Part shown: piece after piece, positions 10,222 through 21,215 of the stretch | How positions within the stretch are numbered: position 1 is the stretch's first letter | How the letters are laid out: each line of letters starts with the position of its first letter | NCBI RefSeq assembly: GCF_001194135.2 | Contig: NC_068981.1 | Span: 188,178,965-188,216,604, forward strand | Source: Octopus bimaculoides | Taxonomy: Eukaryota | Length of the DNA stretch: 37,640 bases | Direction: 5' to 3' | Position numbers and translations under genes: made by a program | Notes under the pieces: generated by a model | The model's input: only the letters and a program-made list of their open reading frames with translations | Databases searched by the model: none | Told to the model about the DNA's origin: nothing

Positions 10222-13200
10222 TTTTTGTTTTGAATACGATTCAAAACGCAGTATGTTTCATACAAGGTCAATAAATAATAATACCAATAATAATAATACT
10301 GTTGAAAATAATACCAATTGAATGTTATTAGGACGTTTATTAGTTATTTGTGCCAAATACAGATACAAAATTGTTATTTTGTTATTTATTGGGATTTACT
10401 TAACGATTCCTGTTTAACGAAATGGCTCTACTGAGAGTGTTATTTAGCGCTTGGCAACACCGTGATCTTAAGAAAGTATATTTTCCTGAACTGCTGGCCA
10501 TTATTATTCGTCTCCTTAAAGATAGAAATTTATAATTTAAGGGAAATTCAGTTGTTATTTCTCGCAGGTCGAGCAACCACATAAAAGCTTTCTCCTTGGT
10601 CCTCTGCTTCTATTATAAAAAGAGATGGTATAATGAATCAGTTTGAGGTTAGTAGCCAACTTGTAAAAACAACTCCATATTTGCTGTTATTTGAAAGTTT
10701 AAAATTAAGTAATGTGTTTATTCATTAGGTAATTTGTTTATTCATATAGCTCACAATTATATGTTTATGTGCACGTACAAAATAATGTACATATACTTCA
10801 TTCAATGATGTTTCAGTTTGGAGTTGATTTGACTTGAAAATCAATCATACATAGAGATATTGCTTGTAATAATGCTGTCATCATTAAAACATTTACTACT
10901 GTTCATCAAACTCTAACGTGATCATGAACCACTATTTCAGTCATTATTTTCACTTCATTATCTTGCTTGGCTGCTTTCTTCACCTATTGCTATAACAACC
11001 AGATTCGTCGCTTTAAATTATCTTATACTTTCTGAAAATTACTTAGACATCAAAAACGTTTCATTTCTCTATTATACTGTGAATGCATTCTCTTATTTAT
11101 TATTCAACCATATTTGATTTTTATTGTTTTCTGTCTCATTTTACAGAACTTGTTTCTATTCGAGTTCTTTACTTATAATTGATATTATTATATATTTTGT
11201 CAGTGACTAGATTTGTCTATATGAAATCTAGGTCTACCAAGCTCCTCTTTCTCTCTCAGCCTTCTCTTTCTCTCACACGTGTAAGCAATATTTTAATATA
11301 CTTCAAGTATAGATGCATTTGTAAGGAGGGCTGTAATTATATTTCAATTTAACTATTTAGACTGATGACAAAGTACCGTTTACACGTTTGTTAAATGTAG
11401 GAAGAAATAGGAGGTGTAATTCATGAATAATATATCTGTAAATATATTTATTTTAATACAGGTAGATTCATAATGTATAACCATATGAAGTAATTCTATT
11501 CTAATCGATCTTTGACCTTCACTGTCCTTCCGAAACCGACGAGATCAATGCCGTTAACTGGTCATAGTTTATCTGGGAATGTTACCCGGGAACGCATCTT
11601 CACTTGAAGATTTGTTTCATTCACATTTGCTATAAAACAACTCAACTAAAAGTAAAAGAAAAACAAAATCTCAGACACTTCTTGGAAAGTAGTTACAAGT
11701 CGACGGTTGAGCTACAAGTAAAAATATGAATATACAGGTTGAGCATACAAGTGGGGTGATGTTTTGATAAGGATTGACTGAGGGTAAGGATTAGTACTTG
11801 GCCTAGGGCGGTGGGAGTGAGCACATTATGGACAACGAAAGACGAACGAGTAGGTCCGGAGTGACTGATTGGATATGACACTGTACAAGCGAGTTTTGAG
11901 GAACAGAAGCCCAGCAGTGGTGATAGAAAAGATCAATGACACAGCACGTGTGTTGACGTGAGATGTTGAAAAATGGTAATTTTGATGTAGTTTTGTACAT
12001 GTAATTACTGTCACCCTGTGATTATGCCTCTTTTAACGAGAGAATGTATGATAAAACCAAAATAAATGTAGCTAGCTCTGTGTCTTGTAGATAACTCTAT
12101 GTCTGGAGTGCAGTTGTAGTTCATATGAAAGTTGTGTTAGGTAACGAACTGACCTGTTTACGGTGACTAACAATAGATCTGTACCTGTGGTGGAATGGTT
12201 ATCCCATTAGTACAAGACAAATGAAATAGCTTCATTTTCCGGATGGTGACAGTGAATCAAAACATTTGCAACTACTTCAAACCTCCGCTACTGGAAAATA
12301 GCAAACGACTTCTTATAAACGCGCATGAGAATAAATAAACGAAAAATAGCAAAACTGCTCAGTCGACGTTACATCAAACTGTGTATAAAAGATATAAGTG
12401 GTTTAATGAATAAGGTTTTGTATTAGATTAATTTACAACCATCCAACACAAGTATTGAATCTTTTACCATAGTAAAATAGTATCTAATAGTATCAACTTC
12501 CATCAGTTTTTAAAACTGATTACCGGACCTATGTCTCTTAGCTTGGTATTGATTAGGGATGTATCTGCTTTGATATCAGTGTGGATTTAATATTGTAACT
12601 CGACGCGCATGGCATATATACCAACACAGACTTTATGTATCCAAACGCACGCACACATACACTCAAACCCATACGCACACTCTAATATATTTGGTTAATT
12701 ATTTTTCCTGTTTCAAACTGTTCAAAAGTTTTTCAGACTTTTAACGAATTTTTTATTTGCTTTTACTAGGATTGTTATTTCGTTTCCTTGATACTGTGTT
12801 CTGTTGCAAGTGTGGATATTATTTGTGTTTAATTTCAGGGATCGGTGAATTGCTACAGGCTATCGCTGGTTGATAGTAAGCAGCTAAGTACGGATGATCA
12901 CCAACATTAAAATTAGATCTAAATAAAACAAAAAATAGCACATTTCCAATCCTTGTCAATTTACTGATTCATTTAACTTAACACTCGGGTCACCTAAAGA
13001 CAAACTCATTGCAATACAATAAATCAATGTTTTATGTATATTTTCTATGTTCAAATTTCATGGGAAAAAGTTTGCATAAGTTATGAGCTGTACATACACA
13101 TCCTAAGTATATTGTAATTAAATTGATTTGAAGAGATTAATGATTATCGAGTACAGAGTTCGTTCATTTTACGTTTCACAGATGTGGCTTTAAAGTCTTG

Positions 13201-13970
13201 TGCTATCGTTCAATCCTTGTATAGAATATGTAAATATAAGTATATTTAGTACTTTTGCGTGATATAATGACTTAAGTAGCAAAATTCGTGGAAATCCCAT
13301 GGTAGAGCAAAAACTATGCGGATAGGGTTACTATGTGTGTGTGTCTATATGTGATATCAAAAGTTCCAAATGAATCCCAATAATATATATATTCATACAT
13401 ATTACATACACACATATATTCTCATATATATAAAATGTATGAATATATATATATATATATATATANNNNNNNNNNGTTACCTTCATGTATCGAAGAATAC
13501 ATTCCACTAATAATGGTATTATTTTATTTTCTGAGATGCACTTCAAAGATAGTTTTTTAAAAAGGCGCAGAGTGAGGGATAAGTGTTGGGGCAAAGAAAG
13601 AGGAAAAAAGAGACACTGATATATCTAAGGATGCAGTGACATCACAAACTTTGTTACTTATTCCATTTTTTTCTTCTCCATCTCCATATCATTTTCACCC
13701 TTCCAACTTTATTTTCTATTATTTCTCTTGCATGTTTACTTAAACTCCCTCTCTTACTCAGTTGCTCAGTTCGCAGAATCCTACCATTCGTTTTTTTTTT
13801 ATCTCTCTCACTTCCTGGTTCAATACAACTCCAAGCTAGTCATACCTCATTCTCTTTTGGCTGACGTTTCCGTATCACCATCACCACTACCACAGCTGCC
13901 ATTTACCATTATCGTCATTATTTTTATTTTCTCTCTTGTTTCTCTCCCCAACTCAACCCATGCCTAACGA

Positions 13971-13972
<2 letters not shown>

Positions 13973-14043
<71 letters not shown>
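13973..14043. repeat. (CT)n microsatellite
   Basis: Pure CT run. Confidence 0.99.
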
Positions 14044-14046
<3 letters not shown>

Positions 14047-14079
14047 CATACTCTTCAAATTTGTATCAGTCAATAGCGT

Positions 14080-15190
14080 GTATTTTTATAAGCGTTTCAG
14101 TACTTTTTTGCTTCCGAAATGAAGATGGGTTTATAAATGTAATCATGCGGTCAGTTTTTAGGATTTTTTCCCACAAAATCACGGAAATATTTTCTAAATA
14201 ACTCTCTCAATAATCCGATTTTTTTTCTAAAATTGCCATTCTTCTTAGTACATTTACTCTCCCCTTTTAAATGAGGAAACTGATTTAATACCTCATTTCC
14301 TCCTTGCAGATGAATAGTTTTAATTTCATCTTTAATGCGTTGATATAACTAAGAATAATTAGTTTTTTGCCAAAAGTTTCAAATTTAGATTAATGAGGCG
14401 GCTGGTTGCATCAATAAAAAAATGCTAAGTCAAATAGTTGACCGTTGTCATATAGAAGCTAATTTTTCTCTTCTAAAAGCATCATGCTCATTATTTTCCA
14501 CTTTTTTTTAAAGAGGACACATAAAAATTCCTCCAGAAAGATAGCATGTCTAGCACTTGAGGACAACATTAGCATATTCCAAATCTCAAATTTTGTGATA
14601 TTCTCTGAATTTACAACTGTTTAATGCCGCTGCTCGGATTTTATTCACGTAGTTCACAAACATTGACATTGTATAGTACAAATTTAATGATTTTCCATTC
14701 AGTGACTCCTAATATCTAGTGCAAACGATATGTTAGTACAGGATAATTGAAAATGTTTTCACGCAAGGTTACAGATCTAAGTTTACAGATTATTGATGGA
14801 GTTCCATTAGTGCAAATATTGATAAGTTTACTGAAATTTACTTTAAAATTTCCCAATTACCTCTGTACTTTGTCAGATATCTGATCTTTTATTTTTCTGT
14901 AAATCGATGCAGGACAAACAAGTTCTTCAAAAATGCTAAAACTGTCATCACTTCCTCTTATATAATTCCCTAACTTAGCTGTATGACTTACGTTGGTTGA
15001 TTCCTGTAAAGCTAAAGAAAATAAACTATAAGTATCGGTAACACCTTACTGTTACTCAGATACAGTTACTCAGATACTCAGATACTGTTACTCAGATACA
15101 GCACCATTAAATACTTCGAAGAGTCTCAGTTGTTTGCTTTTTCGTTCGATATTTTTATCACTAAGATCTCTTGAATATATTTGAAGACAA
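14080..15190 (-). pseudogene. hAT (Charlie/SPIN/GTF2IRD2-like) transposase fossil
   Basis: Manual minus-strand translation, in correct order: FSLALQESTNVSHTAKLGNYIRG (from 15021), IFEEL, KLINICTNGTPSI (~14800), VNKIRAAALN (~14625-14648), FDLAFFIDATSRLINLNLKL (~14375-14434), LNQFPHL; many stops and frameshifts. Confidence 0.85.
15047..15101. repeat. 14-bp tandem repeat tac(t/a)gttactcaga inside hAT fossil
   Basis: Three full units, one 8-bp partial unit and a terminal fragment. Confidence 0.9.
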
Positions 15191-15901
15191 GTTTAACACT
15201 TACATCCTTACCAAGAAAGACTTTTTCTCCTCTCTCTTTCTCCCTCTCTCTCTCTCTTTTTCATTCTTCCACGATACTCTTCATTCATCACTAAACTTTC
15301 ACGCCTTCTACTAACAATTATATTTTGTCCTCTTTCGATTTTTTTTCCTTTTTCCTTGAGCACACATTTTTTTCTGTAACTCACACCCAAACATTAGCTT
15401 CGGTTTTTCTTCTATTTTGGCTGATGCGATTTGTAGCATCTGTTAAGATGATTCTTTTATTTGAGAAACAATTTTTACAGACAGTGCATGACTATTTTTC
15501 TAAATGAACTGCCAATATATAACAGCTCAACCCCACTACTTATAGAATTCATACTTGCTATCACTTTTGAAATGGTTTATTATCTTGATTAGGTGAGTTA
15601 CTCCACCAATTTATACTCACTAATTGCAGTGTTTTAATATTGTGAGCTTATAGTCAACTTTCAGTGAAGATGCGAGATATGTTGTGTTTCCTATGGTAAA
15701 TTTTAGGTGTCTCATTCATTCTTGTTTTTCTTTTGTGCATTGAATTCAATTCTGAATGAAGAATATCTCTTACATCCATAGAGTTAAACACCTAAAAAAT
15801 TCTACAACTTTACTTGAGACACTGCGAGCTTGAGAACAGCTCATTCCCAAACACCCTCGTATTATTAGCATATAAGTTAGACGAGAAATGTAGCAAGTCT
15901 T

Positions 15902-15948
15902 CCGCCCCAGAAAGTTCTGTTTCGAGAATTAGATCTTTCTTCAGGCGG
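15902..15948 (-). other. Degenerate type I hammerhead-like motif
   Basis: CCGC-CUGAAGA-AAGA-UCUAAU-UCUC-GAAA-CAG-AACUUU-CUG-GG-GCGG; geometry exact but cleavage triplet is GGG, not NUH. Confidence 0.35.
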
Positions 15949-16020
15949 TGAATAAAGAAACAATCGAAGAAATTATAGGAGCTGAGTATAAACTAGCAGG
16001 AACGGACAAATATGTCGAAG

Positions 16021-16073
<53 letters not shown>

Positions 16074-16248
16074 CACACACAACAAGAAAAACTGCTTTCG
16101 AAGGAAAAAAAACTTCATAAAATTTCCCAAAATAATGAACTTCCTTGCAGTATGTATATATATATATATTCGGTAATAAGACATACGTCCTGCACGCGTA
16201 TGTTACAATTAGACTAATCGAGATTTTTTTCTATAAATATACTCGATA

Positions 16249-16279
<31 letters not shown>

Positions 16280-16592
16280 TGTATGTATGCATGCATGCAT
16301 GCATGTATATGTGTGTGTGTTCAGTTTATTTTTTAATGAGACTGAAACATATTTTTTCTCACAACTTGAGTTTCCTGCCATTGTGATCTTAAGGAGTCTT
16401 CTCACCCGAAACTCAAGGCGTGAGATAAACTCACAGTTTCGGTTTCAATAAAGAAAGTCATATTCCCCTACACCATACATTGAGCACTACTCTCTCATTC
16501 GACCGACATAAACAAACATGCATGCATATAAATGTGTGTGTGTGTGTGTGTGTGTGTGAGTGTGTGTGTGCGTTCGCGCACGCGCGCACACA

Positions 16593-16680
16593 CACCTGTC
16601 CAAAGTGCCACGCTGTGGGACTGAAAGTGGAACCTTGAGGTTGGGAAGCAGGCTTCTTACTACACAAGCACACCTGCGCC
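16593..16680 (-). mobile_element. 5' fragment of tRNA-derived SINE
   Basis: Reverse complement ggcgcaggtgtgcttgtgtagtaagaagc...cagtcccacagcgtggcactttggac, homologous to head of 9912 and 27216 elements. Confidence 0.8.
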
Positions 16681-17555
16681 TATTTATACCAACATTTGTA
16701 GGCAAAAAGGGAACCGAATCACAACCAATCGGGAGATGTCTGATCTTTTGAATGCCTTGGAAAACTTATTGAAAAGCTTGATAACAGGAGAGGTGAAAAC
16801 AGACGGGTGATACAAGAAAATGCTGACTACGAAGGAATTAATATTCGTCGTCTTTGTGATTTGGATCGTCATCGGCGCTACTGGAAAAGAAATACTAGTC
16901 GCAGTCCCTCAGATGTGACGGTGCTAATGACCGTCTTTTTTTCTTTATTGCGAAGGCAATTTTAATCATTAGTTCATTCCACGTGATCAGATGAGGAAAA
17001 GGAGAGTTTAACTTGGATGCTTCGGTGTGTTTGAGAGGGATACTGCAAATAAAGTGGCTTCACACATGGACAAACAATCTATGCATGCTGCTACTACTCC
17101 ATGCTACTCTACATGCGCCAACTCAAGTGTCATTCATTAACGGTCAATTTTTGGCAAAGTACAAGGCGTTTTTCGTTCTCTAATTGTGTTCTCTCCCAAC
17201 TTGGCCGCTGAACACTTCCTGTCCTTGCCAACGTCGAAATTTATCCTGGAAAGTAATTGTTTTCAAACGAGGAGACAAATAATAAAATATTCATAGCGAT
17301 AATCGCACTGTTCCTGCAAACGAGTTCTAGGAGGCGTTGGAGAACATTGTTTTGAAGAAAGCAATTCAAATGAAACTAAATAAGTATTTTTTAACGTCTG
17401 GTTTCCGTTCGCCTTCACACACAAACACGCACACACACTCACTCAAGCACATATGCACGCACACCTATATACATAGGATGTGCTAATACACATACATGCA
17501 TAAGCAAATCACATGCACATAATTCTCACTTACAAATCATGTGCTGCATTAAAAA

Positions 17556-17943
17556 TAATCTTTTCTACTCTAGGCACAAGGCCCAAAATTTTTGGGGGAG
17601 GGGATCAGTCGATTAGATCGACCTCAGTACGCAACTGGCGGAATTTGAACTCAGAACGTGAAGACAGGCGAAATACCGCTAAGAATTTCGCCCGGCGTAG
17701 TAATGTTTCTTATTTCCTTATTACCCACAAGGGGCTAAACATAGAGGAGACAAACAAGGACAGACAAAGGAACTAAGTCGATTACATCGATCCCAGTGCG
17801 TAACTGGTACTTAATTTATCGACCCACAAAGGATGAAAGGCTAAGTCGACCTCGGTGGAATTTGAACAGAGAACGTAACGGCAAACGAAATACCGCTAAG
17901 CATTTCGCCCGGCATGCTAACGTTTCTGCCAGCTCGCCGTCTT
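17556..17943 (-). mobile_element. Dimeric Meta-like SINE (tail-A monomer + truncated tail-B monomer)
   Basis: Two monomers joined at 17706-17722 by the same junction as 34613-34630; internal deletion in second monomer; attaaaaata on both flanks. Confidence 0.9.
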
Positions 17944-18464
17944 GCTATATTAAAAATACTATGCTTATTTAAGGCTGGCTTCTTTTTAATATTTGGAAAA
18001 TTATATAAATACAATATTAAAAACATTATCGTTTAATAATATGTTTGGCTGTTTAGTTTTTTTTGTCAGTTTAATAATTACCTTAGGAAGTAAAACGTCA
18101 ATGTAATATTAATTCTTACATTTTGATGATAATTCGATGAAAAGATCATACAATTTGATTATAATTATGTGTTGATAGCAAATACAATTATAACCCGCTT
18201 TGTATAATTTTATTAGCATTAAATAATCACATGTACAACATGTAAATTATGAATCAACTATCGACAGTTTTACAGTGAAGTGGTAGACTTGATGAATGTA
18301 GAGGAGGTAGTAGTAGAGAAGTACTGAGCCGGGAAACGTACAGAAAAACATTTGGTCAAAAATAGTGAATTAGTTTACCCTAAAAAAGAGGAGTCTAACG
18401 TTTCACGCTGTATTCTTCTATTGCAGTTTAAATGTTTTCTGTCGGTACTGAATGAATAATTAAG

Positions 18465-18732
18465 CAGAGAGAGAGAAGGAGGGAGGGAGAGAGAGGTAAA
18501 GCGAAAGCTTCAGACAGACAAAGAGGGATCGAGAGGTAAAGCAAGACAAATAAAAGAGAAGAGAGAGAGAGAGAGAGGTAAAGTGAGACAAAGAAGAAAG
18601 AAAGGAAGGAAGAGAGAGAAAGAGAAAGAAAGAGAGAGAGAGAGGGAAAGAGAGAGAGGGAACTACCAACAAACAATGGGGACCGAGAGCTAACGCAAGA
18701 CAAAGAAGAGAGAGAGAAAGAGAGAGAGAGAG

Positions 18733-18767
<35 letters not shown>

Positions 18768-18858
18768 AAAAAGAGAGCTACAGACAAAATGATCGAGAGG
18801 TAAAGCAAGACAAAGGCGAGAGAGAGGTAAAGTGAGACAAAGGAGAGAGAGAAAGAGA

Positions 18859-18891
<33 letters not shown>

Positions 18892-19365
18892 AGTGAGAGA
18901 GAAAAGAGAGAGAGAGCTACAGACAGACAGTGATCGAGAGATGAAACGAGACAGCGAAGAGAGAGGGAGAAAGAGAGATAGGTAAAGGGAGACAAAGAAG
19001 AGAAAGAGAGAGAGAGAGAGAAAGACAGAAAGAAAGAAAGAAAGAAAGAAAGAAATAAATAAAGGAAGAAAAAGAGAGCTACAGACAAAGTGATCGAGAG
19101 GTAAAGCAAGACAAAGGCGAGAGAGAGGTAAAGTGAGACAAAGGAGAGAGAGAAAAGAAGAGAGAAAGAGAGAGAGAGAAAAAGAAAGAGAAAGAGAGAG
19201 AGAGAAAGAAAGCGAGAGAGAAAAGAGAGAGAGAGCTACAGACAGACAGTGATCGATAGATGAAACGAGACAACGAAGATAGAGGGAGAAAGAGAGATAG
19301 GTAAAGGGAGACAAAGAAGAGAAAGAGAGAGAGAGAGAGAGAAAGACAGAAAAAAAATGAGAGAC
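18465..19365. repeat. GA-rich higher-order minisatellite
   Basis: Alternating A/B subunits anchored at gatcg 18527(A), 18681(B), 18791(A), 18932(B), 19092(A), 19251(B), separated by (GA)n/(GAAA)n. Confidence 0.9.
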
Positions 19366-19707
19366 GTGAGTGTCATAGTGGTGCTTGAAGATAGTAAGAG
19401 GACGAAACATAGAAAGAAAAGAGGCCATGAAATAATGAACGGTAGAGCGCGTGAATTTGATAATATGGAGAGAAAGGAGAAGGAAAGACATCCAAGAAGA
19501 GATCGAATATATTTATAGGCTGGTGAATATAGTAAAGGACTGTGTCACTTTGTTGCTGTAGTATAAGTGATGTAGTGTTGTTATTATATAGAAAAAAACT
19601 TATGCTTATAGGTAACGGAGCGGAAAAGTGGAGAAGATGGATGAAGGTAATTGAACATGGTGGTATTGTTAATGCATAGACGTAGAATGAAACTCCGAAT
19701 AGTTATC

Positions 19708-19933
19708 ATTTTATTGCCCACAAGGGGCTAAACATAGAGGGGACAAACAAAGACGGACACAGGGATTAAGTCGATTACATCGACACCAGTGCGTAACTGA
19801 TAGTTATTTAATCGCCCTCGAAAGGATGAAAGGCAAAGTCTACCGCGGCGGAATTTGAACCCAGAACGTAACGGTAGACGAAATACAGCTAAGCATTTCG
19901 TCCAGCGTGCTAACAATTCTGCCAAGCTCACCT
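19708..19933 (-). mobile_element. Meta-like SINE (tail type A)
   Basis: Full-length reverse-complement homology to 34393-34625. Confidence 0.92.
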
Positions 19934-20029
19934 GTCAAAATAGTTTGGTAAGAGTAAGGTCAAACAGAAGAACAAGAAGCGTTCATTAATGAATGTAGAC
20001 GAAGGGGTGTATGGCTTAAAAATAAGCTA

Positions 20030-20172
20030 TTTTCCCTTGTTCTATATTTAAGAGATGAGGAATTATGTACATTATTCACATCTGATGAAAGCTGGAGTGT
20101 ATATCACCCGAAACGTTTTGTCAACAACAAACAAGATGAGGACGAATATCCATCAAATGTAAATAATGTAAA
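20030..20172 (+). mobile_element. Penelope pLTR-like fragment with degenerate hammerhead core and inverted junction
   Basis: CUGAUGA 20082-20088, GAAAC-GUU 20110-20117; 20-bp imperfect inverted repeat tacattattcacatctgatg / catcaaatgtaaataatgta. Confidence 0.5.
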
Positions 20173-20432
20173 TATTTCCCCTTGTGTTTGCGGTACTGTG
20201 ACGAATAAAGAGGTTACTCAAAGTATAATTTCTCGAGTTAGAGTTTGAAGATTGATTGAGGTCTTCTTACAGGTACTGAAGGAAGCTCGTGGATGTGATC
20301 ACCTACTCAAAAACTGTTTTTATACATATAGACACTAACAGAGTTTACAAGTGATACAACACATTCAGTTAGTGTAGGTGTAATCAAAGTGGTTGGTGTT
20401 TTGAGCTGAAGATAATTTATGAGTGTAATATT

Positions 20433-20645
20433 ATCTTCTACTCTAGGCACAAGGCCCGAAATTTCGGGGGAGGGAGCTAGTCGATTAGATCGACTTCAGT
20501 ACGGAACTGGTATTTAATTTATCGATCCCGAAAGGATGAAATGCAAAGTCGACCTCGGCGGAATTTGAACTCAGAACGTAACGGTAGACGAAATACTGCT
20601 AAGTATTTCGCCCGGCGTGCTAGCGTTTCTGCCAGCTCGCCACCT
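20433..20645 (-). mobile_element. Meta-like SINE (tail type B)
   Basis: Perfect 17-bp TSD tttatgagtgtaatatt at 20416-20432 and 20646-20662. Confidence 0.95.
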
Positions 20646-20890
20646 TTTATGAGTGTAATATTGAATATGAAATAAGTGTGGAATTTAGAGAAGGAACATT
20701 TGACGGTGCCGGGATATATGCAAGACAAGATAAAGTTTAACTTCGAACCAACACACAACAGCCACCCGGCTCTAAGCAAATAAACTAAATTCATATTCTG
20801 CATTCTTTTTCTTGTTATTTTGCTTTTACCACAAACACTAAAGCGTATAAAAAACACTCGACCATTACACTTGTAATATACATTTCAAAT

Positions 20891-21118
20891 AGGGCGACGA
20901 GCTGGCAGAATCGTTAGCACGCCGAGCGAAATGCTTAGCGGCATTTTGTCTGATGTTACGTTCTGAGTTCAAATTCCGACGAGGTCAACTTTGCCTTTCG
21001 GGGTCGATTAAATAAATACCATTACGGACTGGGGTCGATGTAATCGACGTAATCCCATTCTCTGTCCTTGTTTGTCCCCTCTATGTTTAACCCCACGTGG
21101 ATAATAAATAAAGAAATA
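20891..21118 (+). mobile_element. Meta-like SINE (tail type A)
   Basis: Family homology; TSD aatatacattt(c/a)aaat at 20875-20890 and 21119-21134. Confidence 0.92.
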
Positions 21119-21172
21119 AATATACATTTAAAATTTCACTGAATCCAGAAAGCTAATATAAATAGCTGACTT

Positions 21173-21215
<43 letters not shown>

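Noticed and set aside
18428-19491. Overlapping S/L/F-rich ORFs up to 237 aa
   Set aside because: Stop-free by composition: reverse complement of the GA-rich satellite
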